From Neoechinorhynchus agilis (Eukaryota; Animalia; Acanthocephala), in the NCBI GenBank assembly GCA_051530055.1, contig CM121341.1, forward strand, positions 9,774,784 through 9,838,783: a stretch of 64,000 nucleotides of DNA, given 5' to 3'. Of this stretch, positions 23,037 through 36,236 are shown in pieces (position 1 is the stretch's first letter; every line of letters begins with the position of its first letter). The notes beneath the pieces were generated by a model. It was not told the DNA's origin. It was given only the letters and a program-made list of their open reading frames with translations, and did no database searches. Made by a program: the position numbers and the translations under genes.

Positions 23037-26000
23037 GAAGAAGCCTGCAACAAACTTCTCATGATCATGCAAGCTTGTCTCACTGAGGCATTGTTGGCTT
23101 TCGAAAGGAAGATCTGTACCCTAATCGATAATTTGACAAACCTTCCAGCTCTTCTCTCCTCTTGCTTATCAAAACAAGATCCAGCAAAACTCAAAAGATC
23201 CGTTACGTCTGACGAGGATGGAAGAGTAGCAAAAAAGTCAAATGGTGGATCTCGCTCTAATGAAGAGGAAGATGTTATGATGGATATTGATGAATCAACT
23301 TCAGAATTCGTAGCCAGAATAATCGAAACCCAATCCAGGCTAATTGATAGCGGAACAGCCAACCTGATCTCAAATGCCAATTCAAGGAAGCCTTGACTCA
23401 ATGGCTCAGGAGAAGGTAGGGAATCTTAGGGTGTTGCAGTGGAATTGTGGGGGTGCGACCAACCTTTCTAAACTCTCGAGATATCTACCTAGAATTTCTA
23501 TTGTGCTCATTCAAGAATCGAAGAGTGTCTTAAATATAGATCAACTCTTTTCTCATTTACCTCATTTAAACTCTTCGGCTTTTATCTCTTTCGTCTCTCC
23601 TCCTTATGAACCTAATTCACAAGGCCTAATTTCTATCTTTCATTCCTACCTCGGTCCCTCCGTGGTCACGTCCTATTCTTGCAAGGAATTGTCGTATAGT
23701 ATCTTCAAAAACTTTTACAATAAGAAATTTTTCTCACTTTGCGAACATATATATAAGGCCAGGTTTTATTCATCGTGCCCATGTGAAGGAAAAAATCAAA
23801 TGGCTTTTAAGGGCTAACATTGATCTGATTGTGGGAGATTTCAATGATCCTTCTTTAAGATGGTCTCGGGCAATTGTAAACGCAGTCAAACCTTCCCACT
23901 CTCTTATCTTGCCCAATAATCCGTCAATCCACAATATTACCACCAACAGTCATTCCTTCTTGGATCTAGTTATATTGAAAAATGTTTTGAATCTTTCAAT
24001 CGATTATGGTCACCAAGTTTCCACCTTCGACCTCTTAGGACATGACATTTTAATTTGGTCCTTGGGTCACATTGACAGACTACGCAAGGTGTATCATTTA
24101 TCACCTTTAAATTTAGCGTTCTTTCGGCTAGTCTGCGAGAACATTTTCTCACGCTCACTTTTGGACTGCAATCTGTCAGATTTCTTACCTTTAGCTAACT
24201 CCTTCGTCAATAAGGCCGCTAATACTTTTTTATGTCGTAATGTTAAAACTTTCTCACGCCCTTATGTGAGCCGATCACATCGTTTTCTAGGACGCCAACT
24301 TTATGCTGCCAAAAGATCGGGGGATACTCTTTTATGCAAAACTCTTTCGAGCCTTCTTTGGACTGCCCGCTGCCGACAGCAACAACGCAGAGATGCAATC
24401 TCTCTTGCGACATTCAACCCTTATTCTTCCAAATGGTGGCGTACCTTTTCAAATAAAGGCCAAACACCTTGGAAGTCGAAACTAGCTGCCTGGTTAAAAT
24501 CCACAACATTGGGGGATATTCTTTTTCAAATTTTTGACTTTCATTCCGCGGGCTCGACTACCAACGTGCCATCAATTTGTTTTCGCAAACTACTTGGTAA
24601 TCGCACGGATATCACCTTAAAAGATATTCTCGAAGTATGGTCCACAAATCCGAAGTTGGGATCGTCTAATGGCTGCCCAGGGACAAAAATCTTCACACTG
24701 CATCCTAAAAGCTGTGTATCCCTCTTAGCCAAATCTATGCTGCATTTCTCCCATTACGCTTGGAGAGAGATTAATGTCTCTAGACGTATTTTCTTGGTTA
24801 AAAATGGCAGGAAGGCCATTGTTGAACCAAAAGACGTTCGCCCTATCTCGCTTCAAAATCCCCTTGTAACCATTTATGAACGCACACTTGCTAATAGGTT
24901 GAGATCCTTCATTAATGAACATAATTGCATCTCTTCAAATTGTCATGGTTTTCTAAAAGATAAATCAGTTCACTCTGCCTTAGCAGTTATTTACTCCAAT
25001 TTTTCTTGCTCTTACAAGCCCATGCGAGCTATGCTAGCCGTGGACATTTCTCAAGCTTTTGATAAGATTTCACTCTCTATTATTGAGTTGCTTGAATTTT
25101 TCAGTATTCCTCACAATTTAATTACACGTATCCACAATATTTTATTTACAAAATCTTTTTACTTAGAAGACGACATTTCAAAGACACTATATTATCCTTC
25201 CAATGATGTTCCACAGGGGTCACCTCTGTCACCTATTCTCTTCCTTTTGGCGTCACAATATTTGATTCAAAATTTTAAAATAAGGGCCTCTCTCACTTGC
25301 TATGCGGATGACTTGACTTTTGTCATCTCCGCCCACAGAGCAGCCAAAATGAAAATCCTGATTGGTCAATGTATTGATTATCTTAACTCCGTTTTACCAA
25401 AAATGAATTTATCTTTGAATAGGTCGAAGTGTTTATGTCTTTTTAAAGTTCGCTCATGCCGAATCCGGAAAGATCTTAAATCTTTTTTTAACAATTTAAT
25501 GAATAACCCTGTCACCTCTTCCTCAGGGTTTTCCAACGCTCCTCTTAAAATTAGAATTTTGGGCCACACTTTTACTTCAAATCTATCACCTAGAACATAC
25601 TTAGGTAAAATGAAAAAATGCTCAGTTTAGCTTTTAAAAAGACTAAGCGCGCCATCAAACTCGGTCTGAATGTTAAGCAATGCCAAATTATTTATAAAAG
25701 TTGGTGCATTCCAGGCCTAGTCTTTTTTCCCCGGAACAAAAGTCTTTGTTTGTCAAAACCTTCTGCGACAACCTTAACACCCTGTCTTTCTCCTGGGCCG
25801 GAGAGTTGAGGAATTTCAGTTTCAAAAGGTTGGTAAGATGGACTACTTAACCGTGTCACTAGAATGGCTATGATGTTGTAAAACTTCTCAATATATATTA
25901 CCATGATGAATAAATCTTGTTGTTTTACCAAATCTCTTGCAAACGGATCATCTCAGCCGATGTACCTGTTGAATCGACCATCATTCTGGCAGGTAATCAC

Positions 26001-26882
26001 TCCTTTTTTCGCACGCTGCCTTCTAAGTCTATTTTCTACATTGCGGACAAGGAGATTGACTTCTAGACAACGCTTGGTTTAGTTGAGGTACCTCCTAATC
26101 TTGCGAGGGAGCTTCTCTCCAAAAAAATGATCGGTCAAGGATGCTAATTTCTTAAGAATGCTGAGACACGGTTCTATCGTGGTGAGTCTGTTAGGCTCTC
26201 TGGTATGCGCCTGCCGATGTGGTTTTCGTTTGGGCATTCTTGCGCTTACTCTGGGATTATCACTCCCGAGACCACTAAGGACGGCCGTAACAATTGGTGT
26301 GTATTAAGGGAATGTAGTGTTCAAGACATGACAATCGATTTTCTACTCGCGACTGAGGATATGGTACTCCGTTCCCTATCTCCTGGGTACTGCTGGGATC
26401 GTTCGTTCCATCTTGTCACTTTGGGTGACGTTGACCCTCTAGCTAAGATGGAGTTTTCCCATATCCTCAACGTTGCCAGCCCTCTAGCTCCGATGTTTCG
26501 TCGGCGCTCAGAGAAAATGGCATATTTGACTCTGTGTGGGACCTGTGCCACGTCTCACAAACGTGATGGTTCTCCGGCGACGTTCGCAAGGCTAAGATCA
26601 CTTTTCGCTCGAGATGATAATCCGAACGTCACTTCTCCTCCAAATGGAGCGATAGAGCTTGAAGGCACTATCAATCGTTTCTGGGCTACTCAACCGTTCG
26701 AAATACTCTGGATCCGTATGCTCGTAATTGAGTTTTTTCATTCTATAGCTGGAAACTCAATTCGTTGGACAGTGGGCGCTAATGACTACAATGCTCCTTT
26801 TGATGGGAGCGTATCTGCGATCATGGAGCAATGGTTTTCGGACCCAATCGAGCACCTTTTCCGCCTGGCGTGCACTGGTTAA
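23037..26882 (+). mobile_element. APE-RT LINE: ORF1 C-terminus, APE, RT and a long unassigned C-terminal extension; frameshifted
   Basis: VLQWNCGG, LIQE, VGDFND, LDLVI (APE). RPISLQNP, DISQAFDKI, VPQGSPLSPILF, YADD, ILGHTF (RT). The frame of ORF 26205-26882 continues the preceding frame through one stop near 26145. Confidence 0.85.
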
Positions 26883-27810
26883 CTTCCTTGATCTTGTCAC
26901 TTCTAACTGGATCGTTTGCAGTATACACTACGAGAAGGTCAAGTAAACATCTATCGGCATGAAGCTTGTGATCATTCGAAGATTCTGGAGAAGATTTTGC
27001 GATATTCACTACATTAAGAACATTGACAGCTACCTTAGATAATACACGTTCAAATGATTCCTCGTTGTATTCAATAAAGTCAGCGAGGAACGGTTTATCC
27101 AGCAAGTTTCCAAACGTATTTTCGTACATGAAAAATGTCTTTCTTGCAATTAATCTTGGCAAATCTTTTCTTCGATTGTGCCGAGGGTAAAGAGAATGTA
27201 AATGGACACTTTAGATTGACTAAATCGGTAGACTCGATAAATGGACTGGATGTCATTCGAAGGATTCCAGGAAGGTTTGAATATTACAACGCGATTAGCC
27301 GCCTGAAGATTCAGCGCAATTTTCCCATCCTGAGTAGAAATTAAAAACAATCGCAAACGTCGGTTGCTTGTTTTACTGATCTCCGCAACGCGGGCTTTTC
27401 TATCGATTCTTATTATAGAGGTTTGCCGATAAGGACAAACACGATCGATAAACCGCTATTCTTCATTATCTCCATCGTGACGTTCAAGATTATCTCCTCC
27501 GGATTTGCAAAATTTATTGCGTTTCCTTATCATAGCATCCTGCTTTTCTTTACGATCAGACCACAAAAGGAACGGATGGGCGCAAATCCGTTGCACAATG
27601 ATATAGAAGTTCAAAAGATCTCTATGTGATTGTGTTTGTCCTTTATAACGAACCAATAATCGATATAATTCTGCTTGCATCTTTGAAGGACGAATACTGA
27701 TAACATATTCATATCGATTTGGGGGATAAGGTTGGAGACAAGTGCTGTCTCGTCTATGGACGCAACCGCCAAGCATTTCGTGAAGAATATGAGTTCTCTT
27801 CATCATGAGT
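26883..27810 (-). pseudogene. ATRX: ATRX/XNP-1 SNF2 helicase C-terminal fragment, intronless, frameshifted and internally deleted
   Basis: MMKRTHILHEMLGGCVHRRD and RLFLISTQDGKIALNLQAANRVVIFKPSWNPSNDIQSIYRVYRF match the ATRX-specific wording of the helicase motifs. Confidence 0.85.
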
Positions 27811-28149
27811 TTAACATCATACCACGTAGAATCAGCGTTTAAGCCGTTTTTGATTGGTGTAATAAATCAGTTGTTAAATTCACACCTCGTACCTAAATAG
27901 TTCAGTTTTATGAAATGTACCATACAATGATACTCTGCTAAATTATTTTGCAGCGGAGTCCCGGTCATCACAATGCGCCTTGGAGTTCGGATGTTGCAGC
28001 GTACTTTATAAATGTGCGTAAGTTCATTCTTTAAAATATGGCCTTAATCACAAACCAACAAATCGGGACCAAGATTTAAGAGTGCTTGACGAATTTGATT
28101 ATCATCACTTTAAAAGAATGATTTTAAAGCTGACGCTGCTTTATCTCAT

Positions 28150-28700
28150 GAACGATTGTGAAAGGTAAGGGAAGAAAGATTTTGTGTTGGAAGTGACAGC
28201 AGAGGATCCCGGTGTTGTGTGTTCATTTGGTGACTACCCTCACCAATTAGGCGGAATCCACAACATACAGCTAGCGGACGGAGTGGTCCCGTTGACTGAC
28301 AGTATCAAGCACAATGCGTGGCTCTCGTCGCTCAAGAGTGTACCGATGTTCATCGGAGGCGCACGGCCCGAGCACTACTCGCCTGCACACGCGAAGGCGG
28401 TGCAAGTTCTTTGCCATGCGAGAGTTTCTCCAGTGAGGCTGGTAATGAGGATGGCGGCAGTCTTTGTCGCCCAAGTGCTTCTGGAACTGCATTTCGAGGG
28501 AAGGCGGCGAATTGGTTGGGGGCAGCATTTGCGGGCTTCCAACCTGAATTCGGCTGGGAACCATGGCTATGTGCTGTTGAAGGCCGCTGTAGATTCAAAA
28601 GACATTATCTACATTCCGGCACAGGTTGGAGATGGCAAGTCAGTTGTGGCAGCGATGGGCTTGGCAGTGAGTCGTGAGTTCCCATTCTCATAAGAAATGA
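28150..28700 (-). other. GC-richer unassigned segment, possibly a decayed gag-like zinc-knuckle region
   Basis: Frameshift-repaired CLI-C-QSTG-H-SVR-C resembles a CCHC knuckle. Weak. Confidence 0.2.
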
Positions 28701-28799
28701 TGCTCGCAAAAACCTGTTGTCCGGCTCTGAACAGACCTCACATTGCGTACAACCGGAATTTAGACGTTGAGGACCACACAAAAAATGCACTACATTTTT

Positions 28800-29070
28800 A
28801 AAAAAAAGTGGGCATACGGACGTCTCCAATAATTTCAAGAATTAATACTCAAATCGAGACGTTCGTTCTTGGTACGAAGGTTCCACCATTCGCTCCCAAA
28901 TCGCTCGATTCATCGGAGAATAAAAAAGAACGATGGGAGGAACACGAATGCAACGATAGAAAGCGGACAACGATTTGGAAGGTACGAAAAAATAGAAGAA
29001 TTCACGGTCTCTGTAATGATTTGGCGCCCGTTTAAAAAAAATTGCCGTCATTTTTATCAAAAAATTAATT
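28800..29070. repeat. Diverged family A copy
   Basis: Shares TTTGGAAGGTACGAAAAA..AGAAGAATTCACGGTCT. ORF 28842-29060 RAPNHYRDREFFYFFVPSK. Confidence 0.75.
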
Positions 29071-29199
29071 TGTGAGCTGTTAAATAGAGAACATCAGAAT
29101 ATTCACAAAGTATTACGAGACCGATAATTTTACTTTGATTTTATAAACGATTGATTTGCTTGACTCCCTTTGTGTTCATACTTCACTGAATTTTTAATT

Positions 29200-29650
29200 T
29201 ATATCATACCGTAAATAGCTGCTATATCGATAACAACTTTGAAGTGAACTATTCAATCCTTTCTAGGACCCGACATCTTATTAATTATACCGATCTTTAA
29301 AAGAATTCGCAGACTTTGCAATAATAACAAAGAAGGGGATCATCTAGTTATTTATAATGATGTTCGAAACATGATTTCCGTGACTAAAATATTTCAAAGA
29401 AGTTCGTTATAAGTAAGTCAGAGAAATTACCGATGACACAACGGTTGTCTAGTTTTTAGATTGAGATAATTCCTTCGATAATAAGACACGAATTCGATGC
29501 ATTAGACTAAAAAGAAGTTCGTAATCCATTATCAGGGCGACATTATGATAGAAAAATGCAATCCAACCGACGATGAACCGTTTTTTTCTGTTTAGTCCGG
29601 CGTTTATAATCGTCGGAGCTTTCAATTTGAGAATAGAAATCACAACAACA
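29200..29650 (-). pseudogene. Decayed distant paralog of the 3-TM gene family
   Basis: FIVGWIAFFYHNV vs FVILFHNG. Stop-interrupted LQSLRILLKIGI vs LKLCNLLRIGI. Confidence 0.4.
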
Positions 29651-30239
29651 AAGCATGAAAATTAAAGTAAGGAGTAATGTTAAGTTTTTCAGCGGCAACA
29701 GGTTCTGTACTAAATCAAAACGAATGAGAAATCGATAATCCTGTAAAACGCCTAAGTTTATGGCCTATAAGTTAGGATTTGAAAGATAGTGTAAGTCCGT
29801 TTCGATTATCTACTTGCTATTGTTAAACAACCATTGATCAACCTAGTGATCGCTATGGTCGTCCTGAGTTTCTGGTAATAAATTATTATTTTTTCGCGAT
29901 CAACTCCGATGTTCCACGTAAATTTCAGCGTCAATCGCGAAAACTGGATAAAACGCGAAGACATCTTGGCAGCCTGCTTCTGCGTTGTTCAAAAATCACG
30001 AAGACAAGAACAAAAATCAAAGTATTCCCAAGAAACGAAATCTTAGCTCATAGAACAAAAATTAATATAAATTGTATAAAATGATAAAATGAAAATATTA
30101 GGTATCAGAAAAAGGCCCTGAGAAACGGAATTCGAATCAATCCATGCTTTCAAATGCGTATTGAACACTTAGCTATTCCGATGGCGCGTTGATAAACTTA
30201 AAGAAACTGGTCAATTTCCTCGTTTTCCAATTGTCGTCT

Positions 30240-31010
30240 AGTAAATTAAGACACAAGATGAGAGAAAAAATAACGTCTAAAAGGGATAAGAATTCTTTGT
30301 TGAAGACAATGGTCATAAAAGGATTCCACCGTATTGACCCTGGCTTTGGTCCATTTCATTGAAGGATCATTAAAGTCACCGACAATAAAGTCAATGCTAT
30401 ATTTAGGAAGCCCTTTTAAAATATGATTAACGTGAGGACGATGGACAAAACAAGGTTGAATATACAGATTAAAAAATGAATTGCCGATGATTGAATAAAA
30501 GTTATAAAGAGAATACGACAATTCATTCCATGTTGAAAAATTGAGAAAGATTATATACCCTTTTAGATTTTTAGAATAAAAAATGAGATTCTAGGAATAT
30601 GATGCGTAATATCAGAGATTGGTCGCCCCAGCACAATTCCACTGTAACAAGCGAAAACTAGATTTTCCTGACCTTCGATTTTGAGCCAGGAATAAGGAAA
30701 GCAACTACAGAGTTAATATGAATGGATTGATCTTCGATGATATCTTTGACAATTTCGGAATCGTTCTCTATGAGCCCAATGAGAACGTCCTCACAAGCGG
30801 GCTCAAAAGGATTGGACCTCTTCAAGATGGAGGAAATGGGTCGGCGATAAATGATTCAAGTATGTCACGAAGATGGATGACCTGTGAAATTAGTGCCCTC
30901 CAACAATCGATGATAACCCTCTAGCCAGTTCCTTTCTATCTTTTACGAATCGACAATAATACTAACCAATGCAGAAACCAACTCTATGCGAGATTTATGG
31001 GTAGGAACAA
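30240..31010 (-). mobile_element. LINE ORF1/APE fragment (duplicate of 12250-13020)
   Basis: ORF 30246-30521 is identical to 12257-12532. Confidence 0.75.
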
Positions 31011-31014
31011 TATT

Positions 31015-31827
31015 GATTTTTCAGGTGAGCTCCTGCAAATATGTGATAACTCAAAGAGCTTGGTTAATTGGCGGATTGTTGCTTTTTGTTGTCAAAGTCA
31101 CCGAGAGTATCTTCCGATATGCATAGTCCAGTGGAAAAGATATGTTATAAATCAAACAAAGATCATAAGCTGCGAACAATGCAGAATGGCTCTGTTCGGA
31201 AAACTTGTAGATTCGCGACATTTTAATGCGTTTTCCCCGAACTGTATTTCATTACTTGATTCTAGCGAGCTCCAATTGCTTATTTCGGATTCATTGAGTT
31301 GGAGCATTTGACAAAAGCCAATAAATAAGGACGATAAAATGGACTCGTAAAAGTGATAATTGGAAATCTTATCTGAAATCCAAAGCGGTTTTTCGAATGT
31401 AAGCATGCGATGTTGCCGTTAAATGAGGTTAAGAGCATTGCGACATATCAGATCAAAGAATGCCCTCCGATTTTGTTATTGAATAGGACTTTATTGAGGA
31501 GAGTTGGCAAAAGACCAATGGTGAAACAATTCTTGAATGAGGTACAACTTTCGAAACACTTCGTCTGGACCGTGGATGCTAAAAGAAGTACATGACGCAG
31601 CGTATTTATGAAGGAAGTACCGCGTAGACCTGAACACAAGCCTTGCTTCACTTGCACAGGCTCGTTAAGGTCCGAAAATTTGATTGTGATGTTGAGCAAT
31701 GCCTTGGAACACCAGTCTGCGGCTCTAACTTAATCATGGTGTCCATGCGATGGTTGCAAATATGCAGGACTGTATCGTTAAGGTGTGTTGGACGTTGAAA
31801 TCGGCATAATCCAACATCAATGCGTGG
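31015..31827 (-). pseudogene. Endogenous totivirus-like RdRp fragment (motif A to C-terminal region), copy 3
   Basis: Contains LDYADFNVQHT and GLCSGLRGTSFINTL (the latter in ORF 31448-31699). Confidence 0.85.
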
Positions 31828-31852
31828 TAAGATAATCTCCCGTGCAGTGGTT

Positions 31853-32004
31853 GATAATGTTTTTCAAAAGCGCGTCTAAATTAAAGTGAAGAACTAAGAG
31901 TGAGTACACGAATGCGTTTTCAAATCACTTGTGTTGATTTGGTGGATAATGTTTTTCAAAAGCGCGTCTAAATTAAAGTGAAGAACTAAGAGTGAGTACA
32001 CGAA
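31853..32004. repeat. Perfect 60-bp direct repeat, 92-bp period
   Basis: 31853-31912 = 31945-32004. Confidence 0.95.
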
Positions 32005-32361
32005 AGCAATTTGACCACCAACTCATTCAATGTCAATTCACCAATATCGACAAAGTCAATAGGTGAAGTTCAACGCGTCTGCGGCAGAGGCAAAGTCATG
32101 CAGAGCGTCAGCCAACAAAGTATTATTATTGTAATTTGTTCTAAGAAGTCACACAAACATAACAAAAACAACTGCGGTTTATAATGTTCTTATTGCCAAA
32201 GATATATTGCAACATTCGATGAAAACAACAACGCATGGGTATTTCAAGGTGTATATATTTAAATAAATAAACAATTACCGCTTTGATAAAAGGATAAAAG
32301 CGTTCCTCTTTACATTTAAAAACTAATAACAAAAGTTGTGATTTGACCATCGAGGAAATTA

Positions 32362-33705
32362 GTGAGTTTTCTTAAACAGCTTCTACCCCCATCAAATCAT
32401 GTGGTTGAATCGGGAGTAGATTTCATTGATCGATTGAACAAGATAAATGTAAACGAATCTGGTCTCATGGTTTCTGCAGATGTAACGTCCTTATTTACAA
32501 AGATACCGGTGAAAGAGGTAATTGAGCTAGCCATAAACTTGTTGGTTAAAAACTGTTCAGAATGGAAGATCTCAGCTGTTAATTGGCTACAGGTTCTTCA
32601 ATTTTGTACACAATATTCAAACTTTGTGTTTGAAAATGAAAATTTTGACCCGGTGGATGCGCTGGCGATGGGAAGTCCATTGTCTCCACTCTGGCTAGGA
32701 TATGTGGATGATACGTTCATTATCCTAGATCCCAATAGGAGTTCACGGATACAACTTGTCAAAGAGCTGAATAACTGCCACCAAAATGGACAATGGAAGA
32801 GGAGGAAAATGGTAATTTACCTTTTTTGGACGTACGAGTAACACGCAGTCCGGGCAATGGGTTCATGACGTCATTTTATAGGAAGCAAGGTGTTCAGCAT
32901 ATGGTGGTCCCATGGATCTCTGCACAACCGATCAGATACAAATTGGCAAGAGTCAGGTCGATGTACATCAGAGCATTTCGGTACTGATCGGATGAGGTAC
33001 TACTGAAATATGAACTAAATTGGATCTACAACAAACTAAAAGTGAGTGGATATCCAAGGATGTAGATTGAGAAATGTATGAAGGCAGTTCGATATGTTCG
33101 TGTGAGGAGAACAGACAATCAGGAGGGTGATCAATGGAACTCTAAAATAGAAACCCCGATAAAACGAATCGATAAGGACAAAGTGTTCACTACGTATAGT
33201 AGGAAGGGCAGGACTCTCCAAGGAATACTCGGACCGAAGAATGAAGATCTTCCAGCTGGATGTGTCTATAAGATCCCATGCTCGAATTGCAGTCTGTCAT
33301 ATGTGGGACAAACGAACAATCTAAAAAGAAGGATTGCTGAACACAGAAGAGCAGCTATCAAAAATTCTGATGTGAGCTCGGCAATAGTGCCCCACATCAA
33401 TGACAATGGGCATGAGATCAATTTTGACGGCGTCGAAGTCTTGCGAGGGGTGACGTAAGACGCGACAGAGTGACCATGGAAGCCATCATGATCCAGAAAA
33501 CAGGTACTTTTGTTGGCAACAAAGCTGACTAAAAACTCAATCTACGAGTCCCACCGGATAAACTAATTGATAATGTTTCTTTTAAATTGTAGATCTGACT
33601 GAAGAAGGCCAACGAAAAGGCCGAAATTTTTTAATATAAATCTATTTCTGAGTAAATATCGCTAATTGAAATTGAAACAATAATGATTAATTTCTTTACA
33701 ATATA
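32362..33705 (+). mobile_element. Penelope-like element (RT plus GIY-YIG plus 3' pseudo-LTR), frameshifted with deletions
   Basis: SADVTSLFTKIP, LAMGSPLSP, YVDDTF, LPFLDV, FYRK; GCVYKIPCSNCSLSYVGQT...RRIAEH. Confidence 0.9.
33590..33644 (+). ncRNA. Hammerhead ribozyme in the Penelope 3' pseudo-LTR
   Basis: CTGAAGA(33599-33605)-A-GGCC-aacgaaaa-GGCC-GAAA-TT-tttt-AAT-A. Stem I TAGAT (33590)/ATCTA (33640). Confidence 0.75.
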
Positions 33706-33879
33706 TTATGAAACCACGAACGAACGTCTAGGTACGAACAGTATTCCACGCTAATTTGATTTAGTTTAGCGCCAGTGCCAATTGAAATAACGAAGAAAAT
33801 AGTCATATACATGGGTTATTTGAAAAGCTTTTTTGCAATTCGATATTTTGTTGACGTTAAAAACGGATGCAATTTTTAT

Positions 33880-34512
33880 TTGCCTCTAATCCTTTTGCCG
33901 CTGCTGCAATTTTTAAAAACTACCGCTAAAAGATGAAGATGATCGTAGTACTATAAATTCTGCTCGGAATTGGAGTTTATTAGTGATAGTAACTGCGCAA
34001 ATGCATGTTTTAATAATTCGCCGGTAGCCTTAGCGCAAACAAGTGCTCGTAGAGAATTAAAAAACATCTCGATGATGAAGCATCAGATCATGCAACATAG
34101 CTACGATGTAAACAAATACAACAAAAGGGCATTAGACATTAGCGAACTTGAAGGACGTCCAAGAGCTTTAGCTGGAGAGCAATATGCGATTTGTGTGAAG
34201 GCACTGATTGAAGAGGATTATCGTCAAGCAATCGTCGCACACTCAGGTCCAATTGCAAAGGCCGAAAATAGAGGACTCCTGCGATTGTGAAGAAGCTGAA
34301 ATACTTCTGCGTCTCAAATACTTTGAAATCTTTGACGATCGGCTTTCGGAAGGCGCTTTGCATTCAAAAAGGTTAGAAGCGCATCTCAGTAAGGATGAAA
34401 TTCCAATAAAAGTTGAGAGGAAAAATAGAAGTTTGTGTAGTCGTTCGTGGTGCATTAAAATACTCCAGTGCCAAATTGATTTTTAGCTGTCTTCGTTTCT
34501 ACTGCGATCTTT
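33880..34512 (+). repeat. Decayed unknown coding repeat (family X); other copies on the minus strand at 37640-37990 and 44790-45070
   Basis: Shared QRPKIEDSCDCEEAEILLRLKY...SEGALHSKRL in ORFs 34208, 37728 and 44762. Confidence 0.75.
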
Positions 34513-35943
34513 AAAATGCTCAATCAATGCATTTCTTTGTTCGGTATTCATATTACGTTTTGAACTTAGAGCAAATATACTTAATGGGACCCAAGAGCGC
34601 ACTGTCTTCAACAAGCCAGTTGACGGGCTGATGAATATAGTGAAGGCAAGAGTAGGCCATCAAGCGAAGTCCACGTGCGCAGGGGTACAGGCGAATGTCC
34701 CGGAGCACCTTCACGTCCAGATTCAATGATTACAGAATGTTGCGACCAATAAAGGATAAGAAAGCGCAACTAGAATAAGAAAGGGAAATCACACCACCTA
34801 CAATCAAAAACCGGATGCAGTTCACATGGTTAAACAGGCTCAACTCTTAATTGGCAATGCATCTGTATCATTGCTCACTTTGTTAAAAAAATAGAAATCG
34901 GTATATGAATGCTCAATAAACTTTTTCGGGATTGCATTATGAGGCTCAATTGATGAAACGAGATTGTGTTTCAGAAGAGCTTCGAAATTTCCGTCGTTGA
35001 AGGAAATCCTACAAATGTTCAACATGAGAGTGCTGTTTGACATGAGTTCAAACACCAAATTCCACGAGTCACTTCTCCATTTTAAGTGTAAGGAGAAATG
35101 GAATCAAGCGACATTTTGGCCCGATCTTAATCCGTGGAAATCAAGAATCCAGATGGATTTCTCCGCGTCTTATCGGGTTGGAAATAATCGAACAAAATCT
35201 TCGCATGGATCAAATTCGTGGCGAAGGGTTCATTTTTATTCTACAAGACAGTTAAATCTTAAAGAATTCGTCAATGCAACAAATTGATTTCACTAATTAT
35301 GCCCAATATCCATTACATCTTAATATCGACGTTGCCATAAAATTTCGAGAAAAAGTACTCACATTGAGGCGCTAAGACACCTTCGCTCGTCTTCGGTACG
35401 AACGTAGAAATCAACAATCCTCTCCAAATATCGCTCGACTTATCGACGAACAAAAAGAACGACAAGAGGAACGCGAATGCTGCGATAGAAAGCGGAGGGC
35501 GTTTTGGAAGGTACGAAAAAACAGAAGAATTCACGGTCTGGGTAATCATTTAGCGCCCGTTCAAATTTTTTCGTAATTTGTGAAAATTAGCGATTTAGTC
35601 ATTGTTCGTGAAGTTCAACATTGAACAAGCGGGCAACTTCAACTTAGCCGTCAACGAAATGCGGAAGCCGAGATGGTCCGCAGGATCGACACGCAAGGAT
35701 CGAGTGCCCAATGAGGAGGTGTGAAAGCTGTTTGTTGTCGATCCGATCGAGGAGGCAATCGCTAAGAGGCGGATGCGATGGTACCTGCAGGTGACACAAG
35801 CGGATGAAGACGTCTGAGTGGAGAGCGCATGGAGAACCGAGCTCGAGCGCTCAAGAAGAGGCGGGCGGACAGTGTGAGTGGAGATCCCAAGACGCTGTGA
35901 AAGTGTTATGGTGGACATGATGTCGTCATGCCCTCGACCGGGT
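34510..35943. repeat. Segmental duplicate block (34510-35635 = 37990-39120; 34763-35943 = 21851-23036)
   Basis: Near-identical sequence; ORF offsets 3480 and 12912. Confidence 0.95.
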
Positions 35944-36236
35944 GATACACGGAAGTATCTGTGTGCGCGTATACGTTGATGTGTGTGAGTGGGTGTGTTT
36001 TGCTTTTATTTGGGTCAGAATACTACACGTCCTCCAGCGAGTCGGTGGCAGAACGGAGAAGAACGAAGACGAAAGCCGAAATTGCTGAAAAGAACGACCT
36101 CTTAAGTTGCTGAACAATCGCTAGATTGTAGAATGGACACGAATAGTTACATTTTGAGCAGTGAACTCCTTCATTTTATAAGGCACAAACCAGTGATTCC
36201 CGGCCTTTGCTTCGTTGAACGTACTGAACCTCACAC

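Larger units (their letters stand above)
30103..31827. repeat. Segmental duplicate: 30103-31595 = 12114-13606; 31200-31827 = 15810-16436
   Basis: Near-identical ORF sets at offsets 17989 and 15393. Confidence 0.95.

Noticed and set aside
26205-26882. ORFs 26205-26882 and 36237-37477 as viral capsid genes belonging to the EVE
   Set aside because: The first is frame-contiguous with the LINE RT region and the second aligns to it, so a LINE C-terminal domain is more parsimonious.
28184-28693. 169-aa plus-strand ORF as a gene
   Set aside because: Non-ATG start, no recognisable motif; probably the antisense shadow of decayed coding DNA.
29979-30103. 125-bp segment present at 30 kb but absent at 12.1 kb as a lost intron
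   Set aside because: It ends in CAG on the minus strand but has no GT donor in any register; more likely a deletion.
34627-34650. CTGATGAATATAGTGAAG as a hammerhead (also near 38107)
   Set aside because: No credible stem II, and GAAG instead of GAAA.
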